From positions 1 to 60,892 of IMG/VR virus record IMGVR_UViG_3300047160_014297: a DNA stretch of 60,892 nucleotides; one strand, given 5' to 3'. A model generated the notes under the pieces. That model did not search any database. It was not told where the DNA came from and saw only the letters and a list, made by a program, of their open reading frames with translations. Position numbers and translations under genes: made by a program. Origin of the DNA: a virus. Positions 34,701 through 43,359 of the stretch are shown piece after piece (within the stretch, counting starts at the first letter, position 1; each line of letters starts with the position of its first letter).

Positions 34701-36897
34701 CGATTGTGCCCATGCGCTCCTGTTGGGATGGAGTATACTTTAAATAGGTCCGCGGTACAGCTTGTTTCTTACCCTCCCGTTTCAATTGAGCTTGGTACTG
34801 GTCGGTAGGTTTCATAGCGGCTTGAGGGCGGTTGGGTTCCCACTGGTACAACGAGATGATAATGAACCCGAGAGCCATGATCCGGTCGTCGTGACCTCCG
34901 TACGCGGTTTTGAAGGATTGAGACACAGAGTCACTTTCAAGGGATTGCATTTCGGAAACGAGAAACGGCGAGCAGAGTTCAATCTCCAAGTCACGTAACA
35001 TTTTGGTCAAGTACTCTTGAATGGACTGGCGAAACCATTCGTTGGTGAAGACACCGATTTTATTGTATTGGCTTATATCTAATTTTTTGTTGTCGGGACG
35101 TATCCAGGGGTGGAAGTTGGTCCAGCCGTCCATACGCATACCTAACTGAGTGAGGTCGCCTTTGCCTTTACATTCGATGGCGGTACGGCATTGTTTGCGG
35201 AAGGCGTCGGTGGATCTTCCAAACGGATCTCCAGTATTGACAGAATACAGGGCAGACAACGCCATGGCGTAGGGTATGAGGTCCAACGCATTAAGTCTGT
35301 CGGACGCAAATTCAGCACATTGTCCTGCGACTTGCCAAGGAGAACCTTTCCTAAGTACCTCAAGCACGCTACGATCTTTGCCAATTCCATCACTGGTATC
35401 GCCTCCGACTCCGTAGATCTGGCCGGGTTCGGGCCACTCGTAGATGTAGATTTTGTCGAGTCCATCGTCGGTACTGTATCCGTTCCATTTTAGAGGGACG
35501 AGTTGGTAGGTTCGGGGGTTCTGGCCCCATTCGTAATCGACGGTGACGATGTCTTTGGTGGTGTCGATTTGACTGGGTCCAAAGAGAATAGTACGGCTGG
35601 GCATATCTTCGCAGACCAGACCATACACTCCTTTAGGGACACGGGATTTGGCGTGATCACGGTGGACAACGATCGTCTCCGTCTTAAATATGCTGATATT
35701 CGTGGATTGGAACGCTTCGTCGTCCGAACTGGGCATTTCCTGGAAGAATTTGTTCAACCGGTTTTCGTTTTGGGCTTGCTGGCGTTCGACTTCGTAGAAC
35801 CAGATTTGTTCGATCGGCATCGTCCAGTTCGAACCCATGTACTTACGGAGCAGGTCGTTGGATTGGACGTACGCTTCGGCGGCGCGGGCGTGCTGTTCGG
35901 CCCAAGGGACTGGGGTGTAGTCGGAGGGGACAGGGGAGCGATCGAGAAAGCCTTTTTCGGGGTAGACGTAGCCAAGTTTGGCCGACCCGACGAACCAGGG
36001 AAGGAAAACGGGGCGTAGACGGGAACGACGGTTGGGCCAACCCGACTTACTGGTTAACCACTTTTTGTGCCACCAGTTGTTCATTCCAAGGGCGGTAGAT
36101 TCAAGCACCATAAAGACTCGGGCGTCCGGATGGACCGCTCGAAACAGGGATGAGTCAATAAGCTCCTCAGGACCAAGTCCTGAGTACTCGAATTCGCACA
36201 GTTCGGATAAATGAATAACAGTTGGTGTGGTACCTCGGGCAATTCCTGAGACCTGTGATCCAGCCTGCAACGTGACAGAAGATCCAGTATCGAACTCGAA
36301 CCACTCTCCTCCGGACTTCTTGGCGGCGTCACGCGGACCTCCTGTGAAATTAGGCATCAGCCAGTGGGGCTGGAACGAGATTGTGAATTCCATCATGTCG
36401 GCCAACTTACCCGTTTTATCCGGAGTAGACGAACCCATGATGGCGTTGATATGACCGTGGAAGAGTAGCCGGTGGAGTTGACGGAGGGAGATTTCGCGAC
36501 TGACACCAAGTTGGCGTGCCTTGAGCGATTGGAGTTCGATACCGATCCCTTCTAATTCGTTCTCCGCACAGATGTCACCAATGATGACTTGAGAGACCCA
36601 TGGTACGTAACGAACAGGGCGGTCCGTGCGGTCTTTGATCCAGGCGTAACGGGTGGCCCAGTAGGTGTAGTCGTACCGGCAAACGAACCGTTCGTTGTCG
36701 ATGAATTCGATTTCGGCGGGGGACAACTGGCGGGTCCAGTTACCGGTTTCATCGTCGTAGAGTTCTTTGAAATGGGTGACCATGCGTTCAGACTCGGGGC
36801 GGGTATGGTAGACCGGGAGTTTGATGGGACGGGGGGATTTCCGCGATCGTTCGACGACGCGTTCGATGTTGCGGGTAACTACGGCCGAAGCGTACAT
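34693..36897 (-). CDS. terL: Terminase large subunit
   Basis: 734 aa. LKARQLGVSREISL is a Walker-A-like terminase motif. An ATPase half is followed by a nuclease half. The gene lies upstream of the portal gene. Confidence 0.85.
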   Translation of the reverse strand: MYASAVVTRNIERVVERSRKSPRPIKLPVYHTRPESERMVTHFKELYDDETGNWTRQLSPAEIEFIDNERFVCRYDYTYWATRYAWIKDRTDRPVRYVPWVSQVIIGDICAENELEGIGIELQSLKARQLGVSREISLRQLHRLLFHGHINAIMGSSTPDKTGKLADMMEFTISFQPHWLMPNFTGGPRDAAKKSGGEWFEFDTGSSVTLQAGSQVSGIARGTTPTVIHLSELCEFEYSGLGPEELIDSSLFRAVHPDARVFMVLESTALGMNNWWHKKWLTSKSGWPNRRSRLRPVFLPWFVGSAKLGYVYPEKGFLDRSPVPSDYTPVPWAEQHARAAEAYVQSNDLLRKYMGSNWTMPIEQIWFYEVERQQAQNENRLNKFFQEMPSSDDEAFQSTNISIFKTETIVVHRDHAKSRVPKGVYGLVCEDMPSRTILFGPSQIDTTKDIVTVDYEWGQNPRTYQLVPLKWNGYSTDDGLDKIYIYEWPEPGQIYGVGGDTSDGIGKDRSVLEVLRKGSPWQVAGQCAEFASDRLNALDLIPYAMALSALYSVNTGDPFGRSTDAFRKQCRTAIECKGKGDLTQLGMRMDGWTNFHPWIRPDNKKLDISQYNKIGVFTNEWFRQSIQEYLTKMLRDLEIELCSPFLVSEMQSLESDSVSQSFKTAYGGHDDRIMALGFIIISLYQWEPNRPQAAMKPTDQYQAQLKREGKKQAVPRTYLKYTPSQQERMGTIDE

Positions 36898-36911
36898 ACA
36901 AGGTTACAAGG

Positions 36912-37514
36912 TTACGTAGACTCTACGTCTAGGATATCGTCATTGTCGGCCTGTTCCATCTCAAGGACACGCTGACCGGCACCCAGTAATTTAGGAGCGG
37001 GGCCGGACCGGCCAACCAGCGAGTTGGTACCTCCAGGCTGTCCGAAGTTGTTTTGAACGTACTTCGACGGCATCGGCATGTCACCCGTTATTTTAAAGAA
37101 GGAGTCGCGGTCGTGGCCGTGTTGCGGGCCTGCTTTGGTGGCTTCTCGCGCAAGACGCTGGAGTGCCCGTGGCCGACTCGCTGCTTTCAACAATTGGAAC
37201 GACACGTTGGTGGTTTCCGAACACCACCACATTACGGACGCAAACAAATCGTTGATGGAGATCTGGGCACGTTCACAGATCTGTTCGGGAGTTACCGAGT
37301 TCTGTTCGCGCGGGGTCAGGCCACAGTAAACCTTCAAGTAGGCGGTCATTTCGTCGTTGCCGTCGTCCGCGGCCATCTTGACGTACCGGATGTAGTCTCT
37401 CCAGGTAGGTTCCAGACAAGCGAACACTTCTTGAGAAAGAGTACGGTGGAGACCCGTGCGAGAACGGCGGATCGAGTCGATTGCAGGTTTGGCCGATTTG
37501 ATTTTTCTTTTCAC
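36912..37514 (-). CDS. Terminase small subunit candidate
   Basis: 200-aa ORF immediately upstream of terL. The call is positional only. The last four codons are the VEST palindrome. Confidence 0.45.
   Translation of the reverse strand: MKRKIKSAKPAIDSIRRSRTGLHRTLSQEVFACLEPTWRDYIRYVKMAADDGNDEMTAYLKVYCGLTPREQNSVTPEQICERAQISINDLFASVMWWCSETTNVSFQLLKAASRPRALQRLAREATKAGPQHGHDRDSFFKITGDMPMPSKYVQNNFGQPGGTNSLVGRSGPAPKLLGAGQRVLEMEQADNDDILDVEST
36915..36927. repeat. Palindrome copy CGTAGACTCTACG (last codons of 36912..37514; 17 nt upstream of the terL ATG)
   Basis: Read directly. The 15-bp palindrome spans 36914-36928 and is preceded by a 2 x 8 bp repeat, acaaggtt. Confidence 0.95.
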
Positions 37515-37517
37515 TGC

Positions 37518-38099
37518 CTACCGTCGCCTCCGGTCATCGATCGGTTCGCCACGCGGTACCTTATTCCAGGGTAGCTCGTCTACCGCTTCGCGACCGAACT
37601 CTTTCTCTACGGCACGTTCGTAATCGAATACCGCTCGCATGTGGGCTTCCGACCACGGCACCTTCATGTTGTCGATGGCGAATTGTACCGACGCCGCCTG
37701 GGTCCGTTCAACATCTCCGGGTGAGGTTACCGCTAAATCCCGTAAATCAGACGAGCGGCCACGGCCATTAGAACTCCCGTTAGAAGGGCGAGAAGCGCGG
37801 CGCGGAGGAATTGTTTCTGGCGCCGGTTCTTCCTCGTCATGGTCAGGACGGTGTCGATCGCGTTTCGGTGGCACATACTTCTCCTTACTGTCTTCTGTGA
37901 AGTTTTCGGTAATCTGTTGTTCGTAGAAAATCCACTCGCCTTGGGCAAACGACAGGTCGGATCGATCATGTTGCGGGTTGGAACCTTTCAGCCAGATATG
38001 CAGTTCGTGGTTGCGGGTACAGTAGTCAATCACGTTGTCGATAAAGTAGACGTTGCCACCGGACGGGACGGGGTTACGATAAACAATCTTGAGGGTCAT
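37518..38099 (-). CDS. Hypothetical protein
   Basis: 193-aa ORF with a basic, disordered middle region. Confidence 0.65.
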   Translation of the reverse strand: MTLKIVYRNPVPSGGNVYFIDNVIDYCTRNHELHIWLKGSNPQHDRSDLSFAQGEWIFYEQQITENFTEDSKEKYVPPKRDRHRPDHDEEEPAPETIPPRRASRPSNGSSNGRGRSSDLRDLAVTSPGDVERTQAASVQFAIDNMKVPWSEAHMRAVFDYERAVEKEFGREAVDELPWNKVPRGEPIDDRRRR

Positions 38100-38992
38100 T
38101 ACTTGCGACCTTTGGGTTTCGGGGTGTTACTTGGGGGTGGCGTCCACTTGGGGCGCGTAGCCTTAACGTGCTCGATCGCCGGTTCGGGTTCGGTCGTCGG
38201 TGAGCCTTCCATCATCATGGAGACGTCCGGTGCGTTACGGTTTTCCGCAAGGACACGGTCGACGTCGGAGCCACGCTGGACGTTACGTTGGAAGATTTCT
38301 CGGGCTTGGGATTCTTCCATGTGGTGGGCCGAGCCGACACGGAAGTCGGATTGAACGGGCGCGACCGAACCACCTCCCGACGAACCGGATTCGGCTATTT
38401 TTTGTGCGCCAACGATGGGGCCTTCACTACCGTCCCGTTCCTTAGCTTGTAACGATCCGTAATCCTGATCGACAAACGCGGCGTAGCGGCGCCTACCTAC
38501 TTGACGCGACGTAATGGACGGTTGGTTGGCCGGTATGGATTCGGCCGGAATAGGGCGCGGAGGTCTGGCGAACCGTTTACCTTCGTCGTCAGGGTCAATA
38601 TCTTGAGGGACAGTTTCAAGGACACCGGCTTGGCCGCGGATAGCCCGAGGTACTGGTAGAGAGTGTTCGTCACGGACTTGATCGGGAGGGTTGTTGCGGG
38701 AATCTACAGTAATGTCGGATTCGTGGTGCCGGACACCGATTTCGGAGTAACCATCTGGTAGAGGGGCGTCGGCGTTCACCGTCAACTGGTGTTGGTAGAC
38801 CTTGCGGTCGGGCATACCACCGTAGATGTCCAACGAAATTTCGAACCGCAGAACGAGCCGGGTCAGGGCGAAACGCTTTTGAAATTCCGGTACCGTTTGC
38901 AGGAAATCGTAGAAACGAGTGTGGAGGATTTCCGACGCTTCCTCACCGTTCAAATCGTCGTATTGAAGAGTTTTAGAGAGGTTGGGGTTCAT
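38099..38992 (-). CDS. Hypothetical protein
   Basis: Start is taken at ATG 38992 (MNPNLSK...), which overlaps the upstream stop by 20 nt. The track start at 39121 would overlap by 149 nt. Confidence 0.6.
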   Translation of the reverse strand: MNPNLSKTLQYDDLNGEEASEILHTRFYDFLQTVPEFQKRFALTRLVLRFEISLDIYGGMPDRKVYQHQLTVNADAPLPDGYSEIGVRHHESDITVDSRNNPPDQVRDEHSLPVPRAIRGQAGVLETVPQDIDPDDEGKRFARPPRPIPAESIPANQPSITSRQVGRRRYAAFVDQDYGSLQAKERDGSEGPIVGAQKIAESGSSGGGSVAPVQSDFRVGSAHHMEESQAREIFQRNVQRGSDVDRVLAENRNAPDVSMMMEGSPTTEPEPAIEHVKATRPKWTPPPSNTPKPKGRK

Positions 38993-39422
38993 TCGATTGC
39001 AGGTAATCCTCCATTTTAATCTGGTGGAAATCACAGCGGACCAGACCGCAGTCGGATCGGGTCTTGCAGTCACAGTTGCGGAACGTTTCGAGCCAACGCA
39101 AGTACTGTTGTAAGCGGCCACCGAACTCTGCGGGCTGATCGGTGTGCTTGATTTTGATACGGATGTGGATCACTTCGTTGTCCGAGCGAACAGCAACCAA
39201 GTGGCCGTGCCATGTACGGAATAGGGACGCTTCGGAATCGTCGGGCTGGAACCCAGTAAACGCGATGTTCAACCAGCCACGCTCCAGGACCGGTGACGGC
39301 ACGGTAACGTCAGTGGTGGTAACGTGCGTACCGTCTACCAATTCAGTGGTGGTAACGTCAGTGTGCCCAAGTTCTCCTTCCGTTATCGGGACCTGTGGTG
39401 GTTTATGATTGTGTTGGCCCAT
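38973..39422 (-). CDS. Hypothetical protein
   Basis: Start is taken at ATG 39422, one nt after the TAG of the upstream ORF. Confidence 0.6.
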   Translation of the reverse strand: MGQHNHKPPQVPITEGELGHTDVTTTELVDGTHVTTTDVTVPSPVLERGWLNIAFTGFQPDDSEASLFRTWHGHLVAVRSDNEVIHIRIKIKHTDQPAEFGGRLQQYLRWLETFRNCDCKTRSDCGLVRCDFHQIKMEDYLQSNEPQPL

Positions 39423-39423
39423 T

Positions 39424-39636
39424 CTAATTCCTTTCAATAGACGTACAGTAGGTTGTCTCGCACATCAAACACTTCACGTGCAGGTGTTGCGAGTGATCCT
39501 TTTTCTGTGTCATCACGAAGACGGAGAACGATGTGACTTGACCACAGTCGGGACAGGCGATCAGATCGCAGTCCTTCTTGTCGTAATCGACAGTTGAAAC
39601 TTTCTTGAGTTTGATCGGACTTTCTGTTGATGGCAT
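39424..39636 (-). CDS. Zinc-ribbon protein
   Basis: Two cysteine pairs are present: CPDCG...CLMC. Confidence 0.6.
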   Translation of the reverse strand: MPSTESPIKLKKVSTVDYDKKDCDLIACPDCGQVTSFSVFVMTQKKDHSQHLHVKCLMCETTYCTSIERN

Positions 39637-39639
39637 AAA

Positions 39640-40707
39640 CTACTCCTCTGGTTCTACCGGTTCATACACTGCCTTGTGGGGGTCGGGTACCTCGACGACC
39701 CTGTTACGTATCCAATCCGGTAACATGTCTTCGGTTACGAAAATGATCGACTTGTCGGCAAGGTACCGCTGGTGCTCTTTTAATTCGCGAGTAAGTCCGG
39801 CCGCCTCTAACTCTTCCATTAGTTTGTAACGGACTTGCTCGAAGTGTTCGGGCAGGAGTTCGAAGGCCCGTTTCAAGCAACCAACCGCCTCGGCGTGGCG
39901 GTTCAAGGCGGATAGAGATTGTCCCTTACAGAGCCACGACAGACCGTCATCCGGTAAAATACCGACCGCACGGTTCGACGAACGGACCGAATGCTGGAAC
40001 TCACCCAGGCAGAATTGGACGGTGGCGAGGTTGCGCCAACCGTCACATTCGGCGGGCCAACGTCTCGTTACTTCAAGTAGGATATCCCTCGCTTCGGCCA
40101 GTTTATCGGGGTCGGCGACCTGACCCGAACCGACCTTGGCCGCCGCTAAGTTAATAAGCAGGGTGCGACAATCACTGAAACCCGTTTTAAGAGTAGAGTA
40201 GATACGCTCCACTTCCAAGTGTTGGCCCATCTGGTTCAGTTGGTAGAAGTAGTTCGACATCACCCCAGGGTCGGGTGAGTCTGTAGTAGCCTTACGCCAG
40301 AAACGTTCCGAATTCGTGAAGAGTCCATTTCTGTAGAGAGTGCGGCAGGCAAAGAAAATCACCGTAGGTAGTAATACGTAGAGCGAGTGGGTCTGGCCCA
40401 AGTACGTGATCAGTAAGGCCATGCCAGCCGTCGCGAGGTAAGCACGATACTCTAGAACGATCTGCGGTACCGGACACCACGAATAAACGACGACCGGCGT
40501 TACTGTTAAGATTAATGCGAACCGGACAAGTGGGGATAACCAGGGCACTACCAGGAAACCGGCCAGTAAAGCAAGGAAAATCCACGTGATGAAAAGTTCC
40601 GGTTCCGTAGACTCTACGTCTGGAACGATCAAGTGCTGATGGATTCCCAGTAATGGACCACATACGTAATACCCTATCAACTGCGCGAGCTTGTGTTTAA
40701 ACGTCAT
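39640..40707 (-). CDS. C-terminal half of a TMTC/PMT-like GT-C glycosyltransferase: transmembrane helices plus a TPR domain
   Basis: Start is taken at ATG 40707 (MTFKHKL...), which overlaps the TAA of 40707..41438 (TAATG). It has 5-6 hydrophobic helices followed by TPR-like repeats. The track extension up to 41076 has no membrane character. Confidence 0.6.
   Translation of the reverse strand: MTFKHKLAQLIGYYVCGPLLGIHQHLIVPDVESTEPELFITWIFLALLAGFLVVPWLSPLVRFALILTVTPVVVYSWCPVPQIVLEYRAYLATAGMALLITYLGQTHSLYVLLPTVIFFACRTLYRNGLFTNSERFWRKATTDSPDPGVMSNYFYQLNQMGQHLEVERIYSTLKTGFSDCRTLLINLAAAKVGSGQVADPDKLAEARDILLEVTRRWPAECDGWRNLATVQFCLGEFQHSVRSSNRAVGILPDDGLSWLCKGQSLSALNRHAEAVGCLKRAFELLPEHFEQVRYKLMEELEAAGLTRELKEHQRYLADKSIIFVTEDMLPDWIRNRVVEVPDPHKAVYEPVEPEE
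40606..40618. repeat. Palindrome copy CGTAGACTCTACG (inside 39640..40707, read as VEST)
   Basis: Read directly. Confidence 0.95.
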
Positions 40708-41438
40708 TACGGTTTGAGCCACAGCGCCCCCACGATTACCGGTAGTAGAACGATCGCTTCTTCTTTCGAGAGTGCGGCCAGTACCGTGAACAGTACCGCG
40801 GACACGTACCGATGGTCGAGTACGGTTGCCACCACGCACAGTACGTACATACCACACAAGAGCGATGACCGCCCTGAAATATACGACACAGCCATGGTTG
40901 AGAGTGGATGTAACCCGAAGATTAACGTTCCTAAGAACGCCGGTAACGGGTCGAACCAGTGCCGTAGAATATGGTAGAAAACCCATACCGATACAAGGTG
41001 GATTGTGATGGAAGTGCGGTGCCAGCCGACCGGCGATATCCCGTAAAGGGACGCATCCATATTGTAGGTCAACCACGTTAACGGCCGCATCTTCACGAAC
41101 TCCTTCAACGAGTGACTACGGAACCATTGACCAAACCGTTGGAAAGGACTGGGGTACCCCTGTTTCAGGTATTGGTGGGGTTCGGCGGCCCATACCGCCA
41201 GATCATCGAACAGGAACGGGCCGTGCTCGACTCGCCGGTAAATAAGGTAGACGATCGTCACAGCGAGTAGTTCGTAAACGATGTCAGTTTTCAGTAGAAA
41301 CAACAGTGCCTCCATAACTACCCATAACCCGACCGTACAAACCAGCAGCCATTCGAGATAGATAAGCAAACGGATAACGTACAGGTGCCGGAAACTGCGA
41401 CCAGAATCGATCGGACCTTGCTGCAAGTTCACACTCAT
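40707..41438 (-). CDS. N-terminal (catalytic-loop) half of a TMTC/PMT-like GT-C glycosyltransferase
   Basis: PFLFDD, RPLTWLTYNMD..LYG..P.GWH....IH and HPLSTMAVSYISGRSSLL match the TMTC-type pattern as I remember it (F.FDD; SYRPL; FH..N..H; HPIHTEAV..GR..LL). The protein is multi-pass membrane. Confidence 0.6.
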   Translation of the reverse strand: MSVNLQQGPIDSGRSFRHLYVIRLLIYLEWLLVCTVGLWVVMEALLFLLKTDIVYELLAVTIVYLIYRRVEHGPFLFDDLAVWAAEPHQYLKQGYPSPFQRFGQWFRSHSLKEFVKMRPLTWLTYNMDASLYGISPVGWHRTSITIHLVSVWVFYHILRHWFDPLPAFLGTLIFGLHPLSTMAVSYISGRSSLLCGMYVLCVVATVLDHRYVSAVLFTVLAALSKEEAIVLLPVIVGALWLKP

Positions 41439-42228
41439 AACTGCGCCTCGCGAAAGTGGGGTTCTGCCCGATCAACGGTATCGATGTTCTGACGTCTTTC
41501 AGTAGGTAGGCGACCTGCTCAAAATGTTTCGGTAAGTTGCGGCCCAGCGTCTGGCCGAGTCCCAGCGGGTTGTACCGGTACACCGCCAGTTCGAACGGAA
41601 TATACCCAATCATACAGTGCGCCGCCAAGTCCAGCCAAGTCCACCAATCGGAATACTCGCGCAACTTGGGGTCACAGTTGAATTTCATGTACCCGGCCCG
41701 TGTCATGACGGTGCCGCCCGGTATGAAATTCTCCCGCAACAGGTCGTAGACGAGCGAGCCAGACGCGGCATGGTTGTAATGTGACCGGTGCTGCCACCGT
41801 ATACCGGTCTGGTCGGTAATGTAGGAATCACTGTAACAGGCACCGAATATCCGGTTGGTTTCCAGGTACCGTAGTTGGCGTTCCAGTTTCTCCGGTAACC
41901 ACAAATCGTCGTCGCACAACCACGACCAGTAGTCGCCGGTCGAGCGGTGCAGGGCTCTATCCAGCGAGACTGCAGGGTTACCCGAGTGGTCCATGAAGTA
42001 GGTGCGGATTCGTTTGTCGGTGTAGGCGAAATGCAAGACCTCTTTCATGGTGTCGTCGGTCGAGCCGTCATCCAAAACAAGTAATTCCCAGTTCGGCCAT
42101 GTCTGGAGTTGGACCGACCGGATCGCGTCGATCACCAACTTCGGTCTGTTGTAGGTCGTCAAGAATACGGTTACTTTAAGATTCTTGTCCAACACGGGCG
42201 CGAGCCTCCCGACGGTGAGCTTGGTCAT
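41284..42228 (-). CDS. Family 2 glycosyltransferase (GT-A fold)
   Basis: VTVFLTTYNRPKLVIDAIRSVQLQTWPNWELLVLDDGSTDDT is followed by a CDDD (DxD) motif. Start could be ATG 42228 or GTG 42195. The 3' end overlaps the next gene by up to 155 nt. Confidence 0.8.
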   Translation of the reverse strand: MTKLTVGRLAPVLDKNLKVTVFLTTYNRPKLVIDAIRSVQLQTWPNWELLVLDDGSTDDTMKEVLHFAYTDKRIRTYFMDHSGNPAVSLDRALHRSTGDYWSWLCDDDLWLPEKLERQLRYLETNRIFGACYSDSYITDQTGIRWQHRSHYNHAASGSLVYDLLRENFIPGGTVMTRAGYMKFNCDPKLREYSDWWTWLDLAAHCMIGYIPFELAVYRYNPLGLGQTLGRNLPKHFEQVAYLLKDVRTSIPLIGQNPTFARRSYECELAARSDRFWSQFPAPVRYPFAYLSRMAAGLYGRVMGSYGGTVVSTEN

Positions 42229-42559
42229 TTCGTTTTTGGCGGTACGCTTCGTATTCCAGTCGCGCGTCACGCCGGTCCCGCCACCAGTCGGCAGACAACT
42301 CGGCATGCCGTATCTTCAAATGTAGCGGGCATCGCAACTTACCATCGGACGGTTTGCCACAATCCACACAAGAATGTCGGCGAGTCCCTGGTCGTTTGAA
42401 CTGGATGCCCGCCGACCGTAACGAGTACCGTACCGACGAGTAGGAACATTTCACTCGTCTTCCGCGGAGTAACCGGACAATTTTAGAGATGGAGAAACCA
42501 GCAAGGTAGAGTTCGATTGCTTGCTGGCGGGATTGTCCGGTTACGATAGGCGTGGCCAC
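42176..42559 (-). CDS. HTH DNA-binding protein; first gene of the minus-strand arm after the divergent promoter
   Basis: SRQQAIELYLAGFSISKIVRLL is an HTH. A Cys cluster CVDCG...CPLH is also present. GTG 42559 has AGGAGA 12 nt upstream. The track start at 42688 would run through the promoter region. Confidence 0.55.
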   Translation of the reverse strand: MATPIVTGQSRQQAIELYLAGFSISKIVRLLRGRRVKCSYSSVRYSLRSAGIQFKRPGTRRHSCVDCGKPSDGKLRCPLHLKIRHAELSADWWRDRRDARLEYEAYRQKRNDQAHRREARARVGQES

Positions 42560-42590
42560 GCGATTACAATTTCTCCTGGATTGAAATCGA

Positions 42591-42619
42591 TTGAAATCAT
42601 CCGAACAATACTTTAGAAT
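42591..42619 (+). promoter_or_regulatory. Sigma70-like promoter TTGAAA-17 nt-TAGAAT, 8 nt upstream of ATG 42628
   Basis: Read directly. The -35 box is the second copy of a ttgaaatcga tandem duplication. Confidence 0.5.
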
Positions 42620-42634
42620 AGTTTTCCATGTCAA
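42605..42634 (-). promoter_or_regulatory. Divergent sigma70-like promoter TTGACA-18 nt-TATTGT for the HTH/glycosyltransferase/late arm
   Basis: Reverse complement of 42629-42634 is TTGACA and of 42605-42610 is TATTGT. It overlaps the plus-strand promoter. Confidence 0.45.
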
Positions 42635-43239
42635 AACATTTCTGGTACATGGCTCTGATGTGGTTATCGCTGTCGGACCCGTCGGCACTGAAAATGGCCA
42701 AGACCTTATGGGGACAGGTTGCCATGATCGGCCAGCGGCGCGATATGACGCAATCGAACTGGACGAAACTGGTGGGGTACATCAGTCCAGGATGTGTGAA
42801 CGATTTCACCGTCGTTGGTAGTGGGTTCAATACCTGGGACGCTGCGTTCGCCGACGCCCAGTTACACCCGGTGATGGCGGACGGACCCTACCGCGGCCAC
42901 ATTACAGTGACGATCAACGTCGCCGACCCGGTCTCGATATCCACAGTCCAAACCACCATCGATACCAATCCACCATTGACGGTGGCTACGTTTCCGCCGA
43001 ACCCCCCGACGGTCCAAACCGCCATTAAATGGGACTTCGACACCTCATTATTGGTAGACGGTACGCATGTATTGTGCGCCCAGGTGGCGAACTCGGCGAA
43101 TCTCGTAGGGAGGACGTACTCGGGCTATCTATTTTCCACCAATCAGTCCACCGGTCGGGATGGCGGATCGATCGGACTACCGTCGATGGTGCCACCGGAT
43201 ATCGAACTCCCCCCTCAACCGATCGTCCAGAAGTGGTAG
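42628..43239 (+). CDS. Hypothetical protein (beta-rich or Ig-like C-terminal part)
   Basis: ATG lies 8 nt downstream of a TTGAAA-17-TAGAAT promoter, so the mRNA may be leaderless. The ORF ends at TAG 43237-43239, in frame with the next ORF. Confidence 0.55.
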   Translation: MSKHFWYMALMWLSLSDPSALKMAKTLWGQVAMIGQRRDMTQSNWTKLVGYISPGCVNDFTVVGSGFNTWDAAFADAQLHPVMADGPYRGHITVTINVADPVSISTVQTTIDTNPPLTVATFPPNPPTVQTAIKWDFDTSLLVDGTHVLCAQVANSANLVGRTYSGYLFSTNQSTGRDGGSIGLPSMVPPDIELPPQPIVQKW

Positions 43240-43359
43240 TTGATGCCTGTTCTAGTGTGGCTTATCCGTTATCTTGTATCGTTGCGCCAGCGAAAGAAAC
43301 CCCAAGCGACCCATATTGTGTTCTTGGATACGTCAACCCCGAAACCAGGAGATATTCTG

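Noticed and set aside
36898-36913. Short two-copy tandem duplications: acaaggtt x2 here, ctgtcgata x2 at about 4581-4598, and ttgaaatcga x2 at 42581-42599.
   Set aside because: Each has only two short units, and such pairs are expected by chance in 61 kb. They are noted only where they overlap other signals (the terL upstream region and the promoter -35).
40708-41076. The N-terminal 123 codons of track ORF 39640..41076.
   Set aside because: This part overlaps the membrane ORF 40707..41438 in another frame and has an Arg/Gly-rich, non-membrane character. The ATG at 40707 gives a clean TAATG junction.
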